Assembly (NCBI GenBank): GCA_973895155.1
Contig: OZ316896.1
Location: forward strand, 8,639,539-8,703,538
Direction of reading: 5' to 3'
DNA length: 64,000 nucleotides
Source of the DNA: Marsupella aquatica
Taxonomy: Eukaryota; Plantae; Marchantiophyta
Shown here: positions 10,468-24,067 of the stretch, piece by piece
Numbering within the stretch: the stretch's first letter is position 1
Layout: each line of letters opens with the position of its first letter
Translations under genes and position numbers: made by a program
The notes under the pieces: model-generated
Told to the model about the DNA's origin: nothing
The model's input: the letters and a program-made list of their open reading frames with translations, nothing else
Database searches by the model: none

Positions 10468-13400
10468 CTCATCACAGTGAGTTAGTTATTCAGGCTTTTT
10501 CAGTACTGGATGCATGGGTCCTCTCCTTCCGCTTTGTCATCGAAGCCCTCGACCATTCTGTACCGTTCCGATTACCTAGCTACCGACGTGAATCGCGAAG
10601 AAGCAAACTCCATCTCACCTACACAGTACTTACTTCGGTGAAAAGTAGGCTCGACCGACGATTCACAGAAAGGCAGCTTTTGTCACCGCCACGGTCCTAG
10701 ATTCGTAGTCGTGAAGAGAGTACGATACTACGATCCGGGTATGAACAGTCAACTGACGGTATAATGTAGCAACGAAATGCGTAGTTCACATCCAGTCAGA
10801 ACTCAAATGATCGGAACATTTATCAAGCTGAAAAGAACAAAACTGCAGTAAACGTGACTGCACTTCAAATCAGAGCTCCCCAAATTCTGATATCGCCAGT
10901 TTGGGTATAAAAGCCGAGAGCTCTTGGAGTGTTTGGAGCACCAATTTGATGTACGTGCGTTTCACCCAGCTCGTAGAGTAATTGTAGTATCGACCGACGA
11001 GACTACAGTAGCTCTCGTATTCTTCTAATTACGGAATGCAGCATTCCCGAGCTTCCTAGGGGCGTGGCTTGACGGTGGAGCGAATGTAAAGCTTCTTACT
11101 GCATGTAGAGGAGAGGTCCGTCAGTGATGATTATATCTTTTAACAGTTAAAGTCATCGTACAGTACAGTCCAATGCAATCGGGAATGTTTACGGCGGATT
11201 CTCGCGAATACCGGGCTACCTCTAATAAGCCATAGGGCTCTTTGCAAGGTAGCTAGGGCACTTTCACTTTGCAATCCAGACGGGAATCCAAATCGAAGAT
11301 ATTAATTCAAAGATTGCATGCACACTGAAGTGCGCTATAACGGCGCCCATGTCAATCCAAAACCTTCCGCAAATCGCAAACACTGTTCCGGTATATATTC
11401 CAGATGAAATGGAAGGGCGGAGCCCGGACGAGCGGTGTCATGAAAATCACCTGCACAATAATGGAGAAACTTTTCCCACCTCGTGCTCCATGCACTGAGT
11501 TTCCTACTTTCCTACTGAACCTGATGACCCGATGAAATGTCTCTAGGCTTCCTACAGTATCGATCATGTTTCTATTGCCTTAAAAATCTTATTGAAATCC
11601 ATTCAGTGAAACATTTAGTGAGCACCGTCGGTGTTGTCCCCTACACTCATCATGTGCACAAAGACAACGTTTTGTGGGAGGCCTTCAAAGATGTCATTGA
11701 ATCCTATTCCCCGTGCAAGACAATATCTTGCTAAATTTGGGGTTTCATCGAATTCGTTTCACCATGTAACCTCTGTTCTCATTGGAGGCTGCCTTGAATT
11801 GGGCAGCCGGTGATTACCGTCACATCACAATCAGTATAAACCCTAAGATCTGAGAGAAAGACTGCAGTTGATTGCGTTGATTTGCGCGTGTTATCAAAGC
11901 CAAGATACGTTGAATCACTCTATCCTGACCCTGTTTGATATCAAAATCATGGGTTTCGTTAGTAAAATCAGAGCCCATGCATCCGCTGACTAAAAATGGG
12001 AAAACCCCCTGTACGTTCGTCGGTAGCCAAATATGTGGTGTCCATGCACTTGCCGTTGCTACAAGACAACACAAGTTTGGATTTCATATGTCAGCCTACT
12101 CAATCATGGCTGTGTATCGGTCGAGGCTTCCATACACAGCCATGATTGAATTCCGACTTCCATCCTAGCTTCAGAAGCCTACGCTTGTATTCATCCAGCA
12201 TCCATGCAAACTTTACTACTGTACTAACCGATGCGTGGAGAGATCTTAATTGCTTTTACCCTTGGCAAGAATTCTCGAGCTGCTGCCTGATTCCCAACAG
12301 CCTAGACTAGAAAAAAGCCTTAGATAGTCAAAACTCCTCGACGGGCGGACTCTGCGTGGGACCGGACCGGGACTGTAGAGTTTGCCATGAAACCACATCA
12401 ATCATCGAATAGTGATGATTCATCGAGAAATAATCGGTGAAGTTGGTTAAAGTTGAATTAGAGTCAGATTCCTTGTAATTATCAGACCACAGTTGTCTTT
12501 TTTTCACCGGACCTCTCTTTTGTGAGGTCCGGACCTTTGCAAACGGCGTTGGTGCGTCCAGGATTTCACAGGTTGTTCGGTTGTAAAGTCGAGTTAGACC
12601 GGACTGTGCAAACTGAAGTCAGAGGATTGCGATTGAATAGTCTGTAGCAGTAAATAATGTACCCCACACGAGATACATGTGTAGCACCAGGCAATCCGAG
12701 ATTCCGAGGGGACGGGTAGATTTTGGTTATGATTGCTTGATTATCGTTATTCTAGAGATTCGATTTAAAACTATTTTTGTCACTGCTCGCATACTGCGCC
12801 TGGGTTCAGTGCACAGTCGTCGTTACACTAATTTTCATAAATTTACCTGTTCCAATGAAGCTCGATCGCCAGCCACAGATATAAACCTTCCCTGGGACTC
12901 ACCGTTCAACCAGCTTTGCCAACCCATCCACCTTGACATGTGTCCAACTAACCACAATTCTAGCTCAGAGTGGGTTTCTAAATATTCTTAGGGTTGACTT
13001 AGGACATTTAGAAGCACAAGAGTTTTACACTTAGGGTCGTCCATAACGTTCTTCGTGTCCAAAGACGACCAATTTCGCACGAAATGTCCAGTTCTTAATT
13101 ACCTCTGTTGAATGACATGCTCAATTTGTTCCAGTCATGATAAATCCCTTCACATTGTTCGTCTCGAAAGCGGTAGCAAAGCTAGGAAGACTTAGATTCA
13201 AAGCTTTCTCAAGACCATGTGACATGTTGGACTGTCACTCACTCGCTGTCGAGACTACTCTTTCGTTCATAGGGCTCCTGGAAGTCCTTATCTATCGCCA
13301 ATAAAATCTATACACTACCGTTCACTCCTCTAGTGCAAAACGATCCATTCAACCGTGAAACGGCAATCCTGTGTCAATGATTACCAGTACGGTGGAGATA

Positions 13401-13524
13401 ATGCACTCGATGATTTTAAGCAAAGACGTAGGCAATCATGACTTTACCTAAAATGGTTCTCCTATCATTAATTTTGTGGTGCTGACATGGGTCTGCAGTG
13501 CCCGTTTCGTATTCCGCTGCTTTA

Positions 13525-14167
13525 GGGGGGCTTTACAAGACCGTGGGGCCGTTCCAATTTTTTTCCAGTCTCCCAGATGTGATCCTAGCCGTGCATTCGT
13601 GAGAACTGGCCACACTTGACTTTACAAGACCCGGGGGGGGGACGTTTCCCGTCAGAGGATCCCGATCCTACATGGACATTAGTGGGGCCCGTGTAGGGCC
13701 CAGTTTTTGCAGACGTGTCACGGCCGTTCGGGCAAAGTTTTAGACCACCTCCTCGGGTGGTTTTTTCTTTCGTCCGTTTGGTCCATTGCTATATTCAGCC
13801 TTCGCATTAACTCTGACCCCACAGAAGCAACTATCCAGGCTTTACAAGACCGCGGGGGGCTTTACAAGACCGCGGGTCCACCATTGATTGAAAGAAAGAC
13901 TGAGCTTGACGATCTTCTCCCGCGCAATCAAATATTTCATCCCCGTCAATTTTGGGAGTTATCAAACAGCTGGCCCTTGTTTCTGTCTTTTCTGTGTCTC
14001 ATCTCTCAAAGTGAGCCTTGTTCACTTTACATGAGGGCTGGGCGCCGTTCGCTGCAGCCTGGTAGTGTGTTTGCCCCCGTTTACTAATTTTAGTTCATTA
14101 AGTGGCCCCTGGCTTTGCTTTGGAAGAGGAGGGACTGAACGGCCCCCGCGGTCTTGTAAAGCCCCCC
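13525..14167. mobile_element. Tourist-like (PIF/Harbinger) non-autonomous element, 643 bp
   Basis: TIRs GGGGGGCTTTACAAGACCGTGGGGCCGTTC ... GAACGGCCCCCGCGGTCTTGTAAAGCCCCCC. TTA TSD on both sides (13522-13524, 14168-14170). No credible coding capacity. Confidence 0.9.
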
Positions 14168-17159
14168 TTACATATACAACTTGGGCAAAGTATTCCACAT
14201 TATTCCAGCGATCTTTCCAGAGCGAGGCAACTAGCCATGGCACCATCCTTCCTCGCCAAATGCAGAAAGGCTCAAGCTAGCCGCGGGTACTAGATAGAAT
14301 GAGAGGTCGCTAGAAAATATAAACAGTCTGTAAGAAGGAACGCAACCGACGTCAACCTGAACCTCGTGACAATTCTTCCGCCACTTGTGTCATGTTTCCC
14401 TTCTAACCTTCCATCTGCACGTCGTATGATCGACATCACTACTTACTTTATGTCATTCCCTCGAGGCTGTCCACCCATGACTTTAGAAAACACCAGAGTT
14501 ACATGACACGATTCCAGTCAAACAAAATACAGTGTGCTTAGCACAACAGGACGTGGGGAGACTATCTTGGAGTATGAACACATATTAGCATATAAACACA
14601 CTTTCTTCGTCCAGTTCCTAGCTCTCGTTCGTTGTTGCATGCACTTGGTCATCGAAAGAATTCTGGAACACAGTACGATCATTGGTCCAACGCGAGGGGA
14701 AAAGATTCAAGGTTTTTTGGGGGACAAATTTTTACCTTCTGGTATCATAGCGTTGGTTTTCGCTCATCATGCACTTAATCTTTCATGGCCAATGACGTAC
14801 ATAGACGGAAAATGGAACTGGCCAAAATAGACCATATGCGGTACACTATTAAAATAGGGGGACTTCGGCAAATGTGGTGTTCAAACATATCAATTTTCAA
14901 AGGATGAAAGCCAGAAAATTGCTTTCAGGGCGAGCACCCTGTCATTACAAGCCGTGCCCCATGTTGTGCTGCAATGTATCCAAAAATATTATTGATTACA
15001 ATGCTCACCATACGAGCATAAAGTCTCGGGAGGAACCGAGCATCAATAACATAGTTTGACCAATTTTTGGCTGAAAAGGTATAGCAATTGTGTGCATGAT
15101 TATTGGAAGTAAAAAGGTGCAGCGTTCACATCTCTGCGGGAATGATGGATGAAATAAAGAGAAGTCACATATTTAATTGAAACCCAGATTTTTGAATTGA
15201 TTTCAAGATTCTAAGGGGTTTACCTGGCTTTAACGTCCTCTTCAAGTGGTTGAAATAAAAGGGAATACGTTCATAGGATAAATCATTACTGAATAATCAA
15301 TAATGACTATTGCATGCACATTCTGAGCAAGTCTTCTCCATTGAGGCACGTCAAGAATTGTAAATAATGAGATATGCATACTAAGTATTTGGGGGAAAAG
15401 GTTTGAAGCCCTTCCTAAATTATGATTTCTTTTTATCGCTATGGCAACGCAGTCATGACTTACATTTACCCATAGGGCTATTAAACCAATGGGCTATTAA
15501 TTTGTGTGGGTATATTTCTGGGCAACTTTCTTCTACTCGCTTTGTGCTTCTCGCTTTTATGCATACAGTTTCGGATCCTCACTTTTGCCCCATTTACTTT
15601 TTCTGACCAGGCCAATGGATTCAATTTGACTCCCATCTGAATTCATTTGGGACATTCTTCTCACCTTGACAAATCAAAATGGATGTCGTCCCAAGCACGC
15701 TAGCATATATCGGTTCCAAAAGCTGCCATATCTAAATCTGCAACTTGAAAAGGTCCCGTTATCCTCTTGGCAACAAAAAGGATTGCTTTCGACTTTGAAT
15801 CCCTATCAGATGAAACCGGCAAACCTAACATTCCATATCCAGGACGAAATCTATACAGCCATGCACGAAACGACCTGAATCTTTTGCTACTGTTGTGTTT
15901 TTAGGGACCTTTCTCCTGAATCTCACTGTTAGCTCTTGAATATCTAAAGTTAGCTTTCGCCTAGATTTCGTGTGCTTTTTTATTTTTTCCTTTTGCAAGC
16001 TCTACAATTACAGATTTCGTCTGCAACAGAACACTTCACTGTACATCCTACCAGAATCTGAGTTCGCAATCAGGATACAGTACATCGAACGATCGACGCT
16101 GCATCTGAACAGTGATGAGACTGGATAGGAGAACTGGCCGTTGACAATTTAAAGAGCATAACAATTTGATTGTAGGAAAGGCTCCTTTGAAAATATATTG
16201 TTCAAAAGTGGCAGCACTGACAATTTTAAAAAAGTGGCAGCCCTTCCCACTTGACTTCAACTGTGATAGAACCAAAACCTGAACGGTCCAGTTCGTGGAT
16301 AGTCAAATGAGAGGACTAAGAAAATGATGGTTCCAGCCAGTGACGAAATGGAGGACTGCAAGCGTCTGGTAGATTGCAAAGATTGCCGACTCTCAGGTGA
16401 GATATTCTGTTTTAATTTCATCTTTTTCTTTTTAACGTTATAGCTGCATCAAATCTTGAGAATTCAATTCTAAAGTTAGGCTCTACATATTGTGAAGGCC
16501 ATGATTGTGCATTACAAAAAGGTGAAGAAACCTCAGGAGTGTAAGGCAATGTTGGTGAAATAGACTCAACTATTTCCTTCTCTTTGTATCATTCAACTAC
16601 GTATGTTCTCTCACCTCTTGGCAAGCTCCCCTCTAACATCTCCTCACACTCAAGTTTCCCCTGTATCTTTCCAAGTCAAGGCAGTCAACCCACACGTGCT
16701 GATCCGTAAACCCTGGCCTCGTCCTAAACTCTCATCTTCCAATCATGTGTCTACCATTACAATGACAAGGGGTAGCACTAAATGATTTTCAACTTCAAGA
16801 CCCGGTTCACTGAGGAATTTCCAACTAGGGTCCCACGAAGTTAGTCACTCTTTCACCTATTTCTGGAGAGAGGATGCACATCTCACAGGGTGGTTGTCAC
16901 TTACACCGGTGGTCCCCTCCCCATTGTCTGAGGAGCTTAGTGCATATTTCCACCATCTTCTGCAAAAGTATCTTCAGCCCTATTGGGTTTTGGACACAAA
17001 ATGTTGGTTTGACGAAGACCCAGCAGAAAATCAACTGTCACTTCCATTGGCCTATTGGGAACAGGACCACATTTTTAGGAGTTTGGAGTCAGTGGGACCT
17101 CCAAGAAAAATGATTGACTTGGTGGGGAGTGCCTACTGTCACTACCATTGTTGAGTCCT

Positions 17160-17515
17160 TGTTGGAAGTGGATGGAGTTCCTGGCAAGGTTATTGATTCT
17201 AGGAGGAAAATAAGAGACCCAACCCAATGTTAAGGGTTTGAAAGGGTGTTGTGGTTTGGGTGGAGGATACTGATGACCATGCAAAACCTTGCTGGATGTT
17301 GACTGTTGGATTGTTTCAACTTAACTAGTTGTTGAGTTCTTGTTGGAAGTGGGCGGGTTCCTGGAAAGGCTACTATCAGTGGGAGAAAATCAAGTGACCC
17401 AGCCAAATTTTCAAGGGTTGGCAAGGGTGTTGTGCTTGGGGTTGAGGGCAGAGATAACCATCCAATGGCAAAACCCGGCTGGATGTTGACTGTTGGATTA
17501 TTTGAAGTTAACTAT
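17160..17515. repeat. Diverged tandem duplication, ~181-bp period
   Basis: GTTGGAAGTGG...GTTCCTGG...AAGGGTGTTGTG...GCTGGATGTTGACTGTTGGATT occurs at ~17161 and ~17342. Confidence 0.75.
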
Positions 17516-20428
17516 AGTCACTTTACTTAAGCAGCAGTAGAAAAAAGATGGCAACTTAGTAATTAAACTAAAAGAGTGGCAAAACAGGTTTTCAGACCAA
17601 AAAATGAAGTGATATAGTCAGGACATCAAGTCAATGCTCTTGGGCCACTCTATGGGCTCCCAGCATGCTTCAGGCTCACTTGCCTGTAAGTTTGGGGTCA
17701 CTAGTGTCTGAATTGGGCTGGCTTCCTGTCTTTTGGGTTTGAGAGTTTGGGGTTGCAGGAGCTCTTGCTCACTTCGCTTGGCTGCACAGTCACAGTTAGC
17801 CCTGCCGATAATCACACATCGAAATGTGGTCATATAGGGTGTGTATTCATTGATTTAAAAATAATTACAATAGATTTATCAGGGAACGGAAGAATGTTAT
17901 GGAATGGAAGAATGTTGTACACTGTATATGTGTGCAGTTACCGAGACCCCACAATTAACACTAACATAGGGACCACCGGTCCACCGTGCACCCTCATAAG
18001 AACATGAACACATGAGGGTCGAAGCAAGTCCACGACAAATTGGGGGCCTAATTAGCTCAGAGCTCGGCCTTCAAAAACGTTGGACACGACGAAACCGATA
18101 CGGGACAGCTCTCTGGGATATTTATTCTACATAACAGTTGGAGTCACGGTTGGAGTCTCTTGGCGATCTCTAATAAAGTAATAAATTGTAAGGGTGTACA
18201 GTCGTGATCTACCGAACCGCATGGATAGAGTGTTTGTTTGTGCTTTGCATGAACGGGATGACCACACCTATGACACCAGCGACGTCAGCCAAGGGGTATC
18301 TCGGCCATTCACCAGCAGAGAAACGCCAGGACCAAACGCTGGACTACTGCGGTCCAGGAGAGACGATTCTTCAATCACTACTGAATCACTCCCATTGTCG
18401 TAGCGACATGACATACTCTACGCATCCGTCGAGTCCAAGACCCAAGAAACAGCACATGAGCACATACGGTGCAGACTACATACCGTAGTGCCGTCTGACC
18501 GTCTCGGTTCTCGCAATAAACAAAGCATATTATAATGCTGGACCCTACTAACAGAATAAATCGGGTCCTTGTGAAACCTGAAAATGACGCTCCTACGGAC
18601 CATGTCCCCCCGATAGACCTTTCTACTCATTGACCCTGGTCTAGGTTCCAACAAAATTTGAATTTTACCTTCAATAGTTCTAATCTACTCTTCTTGCCTT
18701 GCCGGTAATCAGACATCAAAATGTGATAATATATGATGGGCCCTCGTTCATTTAAAGAAAATAATAGAGGCTTATCATAGTACTCATTCATTTAAAGAAA
18801 ATAATCAAGACTTATCATAGTATGGAGAGATGCTGTACACCTTATAAGTCATATTTTGACGTGCAATTACAGCCTCTTGGTGGGCTCCTTAGAAGTGGTT
18901 GAGAAAGATGTTTCCAACCAGTCTAATGTTTCTAGTCTTCATTAAGTGTGAGAGTTGTGAATTTTAAAGAGTTCTCCATCCCTCATTGCCTACACTGCTC
19001 TTTTTGAAAGTTTTCTAGCGTTTAGTTTTCACAAGTTTAGGAACACCTAACTTCTAGGTTCAACATCTCCCCTATAGATCTAGTGGAATCTGATTTTTGG
19101 GGGTGTGTTAGAAACTATGTGAACAGATCATTCCAATCAACCCAACGTTGTCAAATTTCATTGACAATTTGAGAGACCTACGAGTGCTCTCAAAACAGAA
19201 TGGCACGACAATATGATTGTGTTTTCAAAGACGGTCTGCACTCTTCTTTTTCCATGAAATCAAAATTTTCCACGGCTAGTCAGCCATCAAGAGTTGAAAG
19301 CACAGACTTACTAGGGATACGTGAGTTCGGGAATCCCGAAGGCACTCGTGATGCTCGCTTTTTCCGGTCTTCCACTCTCTTTCAGCCCACCATTGCGCAT
19401 TTGCGCAGTTGCTGAGTCGACAGCCTGAGTCCTGCAACCTGAGACCATCCCATCTACAGTCCGACGGTAAGCACGGAAGGATGAGGGGTTTGGCTACGGT
19501 ACATTACCAATCGACTACTTTCCTCTGTTTTCCCATCGATCGATCAATTCTAGGATTGTAGAGTTCAACGAGACATGACATCATCAGTCGTACTCTTCGT
19601 GCGGTTTTTGTCGCCGCATCATTAGTATTGTCGGCAAATTGCAAATCTCAGCTCACCGTCACGTGATCTTTTTTACTCCCCTAAAGCAACAGCAGCAACT
19701 TATTCCTCTACTCCCCTTCCCGTCCATTATGACCGGTCCAATTTGGCCATCTCCAGGCCCATGCAACCAACGTTTTGCGCTTTCCGACAACCCAAGCTCC
19801 ATAACTCCTGTTACCGTCGGCGTTCTTCTATCGCGAGGAGCTCGCCGGATACAAGCTACTTACTCGTTCCGGTGTCGACTTGTCGTGTCACAGTACACAT
19901 GTAAGGATGTCAACTGTAAAGGGCTCGTGGACGCTCGCACCGCCGAGGTACCGGTACAGGTACAGTTCCTACAGCCAGTGGTAAGGTGCGCCCGCACGTC
20001 TGCTGTCCCTCATCCCAAAGGACCCAAAAGAACATGTCAAAGAGTGGGGGTGGTTTTCCGGAACCGGAGGTACACCCATTTCTGAACGTCGATGTAATAG
20101 GGCGTCTCAAATACAAAAAAAAGGCGCCCGCGGGCGGCCCCCGAGGCACTCGCGCGGCCCGCGAGAGGGCGAGTCCGGGCAAGCATTGCCTGGGGTAGTC
20201 AGATGTGAAAGGGGCCCGCGGTGCATTTAACATCAGTTTAGGGCGAACCATGGTTAAGGCAATAACCATCAAAAACCATGTAATATGCGGAACTTTTCCC
20301 CCGCTCCAGTTTTTGAACCCGCCGCAAAGTGCTTGAAGGTCCATGAATGCGAGCGTCGATTGTGGTGAAATTTTGAAATTGCAATTCCCTTGCGGAATTT
20401 GACAGCCGAATGAATTGTGTAGGGAGGA

Positions 20429-21945
20429 TTGGCAATGGCAAACATGGCGTTCAGGCAGGACGTTCCTCTGGTGATCCATCATCTTTTCCCCTATCCGGAT
20501 CGACCACGGTACTCGCCTTCAGAAGTTGTCATTCGCGATTCCCAGCCTCCCGACTCCGACGCCAACATGGTCACAGCAGGAGGAACAATGGCCTCAGGTG
20601 GAGATAATCGTAAGCTGTTGCCACAGCACCTCGCGCACATTGTTGATTGGTTGGAAGTCCCTGAGAATTTTGCTATGTTGAATGGCACCAGTAGCCGCCC
20701 ATCTGTCACTGGTAGACATCCGCCAAAGAAGACCGTGTTCAAAAAAATGCTCATTGACCTTCATGATAGCGGCTTCCCAAAATTTGTGACCACAGGAGAT
20801 AATCTTGGGAAAAGGTTTCAGCGGTACATTAAGAAGTACAAGGAGGCCCTGGTGATGAAGCGAGACTCAGGGGCTGGATTGACAGAAGCGGAGTTAAGAC
20901 AGGGCCTTACTCTCGCTGACAAGTACTAGAAGATCTGCCCACATTTCGAGCGTATGCATGCAATTTATGGGGAGAGAGCTAATGTTTCGCCTCCGAGCAC
21001 AGTTGCGTGTGGGCTGCCTGGTCACCGTGAATTGTATGTTGATGAAGGCTCAGACGATGACGAGCTACCCGAAACGGAACCACCAATTTCTCAGAACGTA
21101 AATGTGAACGAACCAGGTAAAGTCATACTTGTTGACATCGAGCTTTTTCCTACCATGTGCACTATCATTCTCACCTCAATTTAGTGTCTTGCTTATGAGC
21201 ACTGCTAATGGGTTCAATCTTTGCTGCAGCAGTCGACACTGAGTTTGACTTCGCTCAAACTTTTACCGACGATGATCTTGAGGCGGCTACCCGCCCTACT
21301 ACCGGCAACAGCGATGCTGATGTTGAAGACTCGCTCCCTCGAACTCCACCTGAAGAATCGCAGCCTCCAACGCCAGCTGATACATCCCAGCCTACTGTTG
21401 AAGAACCAACTCCAGCATCAACTCCGGCATCCACGCACACACGAACGCCAGGTAGAAGCAGGGGCACAACATCTGCTCATCCACCCGTCACAGCTGAACG
21501 CGGCACTCAACGACCTCGGCAAGGAAAGAGGCCTGCAAACACACAAGCCTCTTCCAGGCCCAATCTCGCCGAGGTATATGCTGAAAAATTGCAAGACAAG
21601 AATGCTTTCCGGATTCAATTGATTGATGCCAAGGATAGGTGGCGGGCACAAGAAATAGCTGATCGCAAAGAGGCTAGAGAATTAGAGGCATTCAGACAGA
21701 AGGTCTTACTTGATTCCCAATCTACTGAATTGGCAAAAAGGGAGCGCATTAAGCGAAGACAGGATGAAAAGCGAGCTAGAATTGATTTGAAGCATCAACT
21801 AGCAATTATTAAAGCCCAACAATCAACTGTGTTGCTCACAGAGGTGATCAAGCAGAATCCTTCCCCGACCCACTTTAAGCATATGATGGGCATTGTCCAC
21901 TCTCAAGTTGGGTTGGATGCTGTCCCAGATTCTCTAAGCCCATAG
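20429..21945 (+). pseudogene. Harbinger accessory Myb/SANT-like DNA-binding protein; exons 20429-21116 and 21230-21945; one in-frame TAG at 20927-20929
   Basis: HIVDWLE...KRFQRYIKKYKEA...GAGL...K*KICPHFERMHAIYG pattern of Harbinger Myb/SANT-like ORFs. The GT..AG intron 21117-21229 (branch-like GCTAAT) joins in frame to a Pro/Thr-rich linker and a charged coiled-coil C-terminus. Confidence 0.8.
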
Positions 21946-22508
21946 TATGCCAATGTAAGCCCATACTTCATAAATAAAATGTGTCTGTGGGTTTCCCCAA
22001 TGCTTTTGGCAATCACGTTTATTTATTGCGTACCTTGAATTGAAGTCCCATTGCAAGGTTTGTTGCAAGGACACACGTACTATGTTGCCTACCAATTGGA
22101 AGTTCATGGAACTGGTGCTCGACAGGTCTTGTCAATGGCACAGGTCTTGTCAAGGCGACATGCATGGCTGTCTGGCATTGTCACACTCCCACATGTTTAA
22201 TTAGTATGCCTACACACAGGTGGGACTGCCAGGTTTGCTCAATTGAATTCTCCGATCCCTAGGGAATCTCCACATGTGAGAGAGGCTGCCACTACGAGGT
22301 TGGGGATGCCAAATCTTGTGAGGGTCATAATAACCTGGATTCCCATGAAGGACTACTGTCGCTTCCCTTTAGTGTGTAGTTATTATAAAGGATCGGCTGC
22401 CCACCACGACACTCTCACCATTCGCGCACAATTTGGCGCAATCTCACATCTGGCCCTCATATTTCTGTGCTTTTTACTCGTCTCTGCCTCTCAAACAACG
22501 TTGTCTCC

Positions 22509-22910
22509 ATGGCTCCTCAAACACGTCAAGCCACAAGTTCATCTTCCAGGAGAAATCTGCCTGTGCCTTCCTCCAAGCTTACCATCGTTAAAGACGTTGT
22601 CGATGAAGGTGAGGCATCTGAGCATGCTCGCGCTATCTATGTCTTTGTTCCAGCCGAGCAGCAACCAGCAGACCACGTTCATACAACTCCTGCAGACAAT
22701 GACCCAGCTGAAGACAGGGAAGCCGAGCATCGACGGATGTGGTCGGAGTTATGGAAGCCAATGACAGAACGGACTCGCCGTCTGAAGCTGAAGAGACAGA
22801 GGGCTGCTGCCAGGAGACTCAGAGAAGAGAGGGAGAAGCAGCAAGAGAGAGAGAAGGAAGCTCGTGAGGCCCAGCATGACAGCGATGCTAGCTCGGGAGC
22901 CAAAGTTTGA
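22509..22910 (+). CDS. Harbinger cargo ORF A: 133-aa highly charged protein of unknown function
   Basis: ATG at 22509 (MAPQTRQATSSSS...), TATA-like TATTATAAAG at 22381. Uninterrupted, with an acidic middle and an R/K/E-rich helical C-terminus (RRLKLKRQRAAARRLREEREK, NLS-like). Confidence 0.55.
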   Translation: MAPQTRQATSSSSRRNLPVPSSKLTIVKDVVDEGEASEHARAIYVFVPAEQQPADHVHTTPADNDPAEDREAEHRRMWSELWKPMTERTRRLKLKRQRAAARRLREEREKQQEREKEAREAQHDSDASSGAKV

Positions 22911-23287
22911 AAGAAAATTCTGATCATGTTCACACATAGGGTAATCGGTAGAGGCTCTTTGATTAAGGAGAACTACCGCTGCCTTAGTTTTGTAGGGGCA
23001 GTGTGCTTCTGTTTTGTAGGAGCAGTGTTCGACAGTTTTCGAAGAAGCATTTTTGTGAGCTTCGCAAGGTAGTACGCGTGATGGCTGACAACATACCTTG
23101 GTTATAGTAGTAGTACTTTGAGGATGTATTATTATCTCGCTTAATTTTGTAATAAAAGATACCGACATTCAGGATAAAGCATGTGCAACGGTTCACACTA
23201 TATTGACAGAGTTCATACAAGAAAGTGCGAGTCACACCGAGTGACAAATGTTTCATTATGCTGTTGATCGAACATAGGTTCGCAAAA

Positions 23288-23838
23288 TTACATTGGAGTT
23301 GGAGGCATCCAATTCCCAAGAGGGAAAATTCTTTCTCCTCTATTCTGCCTTCTCCTGTATTCCTCTAAGTGAGAATGTTGGTACAGCACCGGTAATCCCT
23401 CTTCGATGCAATTGTGAAGGTCCCCTAGCGATGACCAAAATGCTAGGGAGCTCCTTTGTCCTGTGCACACTCTGCCGAAGATACCTCTGCTGTATCCACC
23501 TCCCCGGCAGCAGCAGACACAGTTGTCACCGTGCTCTCTGTGTCTGCACCAAAGTCCTCGATGTTAATGATAGGTAGATCAGGCATAGCAATGTCATCCA
23601 CATGTGACACTTCCTCCCTCCCGAATAAGACTGCCTTAGGATACATTAGGGCTGGCCGTGTTGCCACTTCCAGGACTTGCACGCCTGCAAATGAAGTGTC
23701 AAAATTTTCCACTTCGCCATGAAGCAGCTGGAAGGTCGCACGAGGCCCAGATGGCCATGTCAGAAAGCCTCGCACTGCAATCCACATCGAGGCATCTGCC
23801 ACCCCCCTCCCTACAAGCCAAATCTTCTGATTCTGCAT
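23288..23838 (-). CDS. Harbinger cargo ORF B: 131-aa ORF (23443-23838), possibly extended by a frameshift to 23288
   Basis: MQNQKIWLVGRG...LLHG...GVQVLEV...LMYP, beta-rich N-terminus with an acidic tail. Upstream are a splice-acceptor-like TGCAG (~23899) and a telo-box (AAACCCTAA ~23968). A second frame continues as AFWSSLGDLHNCIEEG...PPTPM. Confidence 0.45.
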
Positions 23839-24067
23839 TGTTCACTCTCGCCAAACGATTATCGATGAAGCTAGAATGGTCGAAAATGTGAAGAGCACAC
23901 CAAACGCTATGTTCACACCTGCAGCGATAGAGCCAAGCAAAAGTAAACATGTATTGCCATCACACAAAACCCTAAACTGGCCCAAAGATTGAAGTCACAC
24001 ATACTAGCGTCAAACAGAGGGAGAAAGGCTCGGACTTGGTTCAGTAAATGCGTACAACCTTTATTTG

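Noticed and set aside
15600-16560. Exon-like segments with splice-like sites (e.g. CAG|GTGAG ~16396)
   Set aside because: No open spliced frame or known protein could be assembled by eye.
18043-18070. GGCCCTAATTAGCTCAG, resembling a tRNA 5' end
   Set aside because: No D-loop GG, anticodon arm or T-loop follows.
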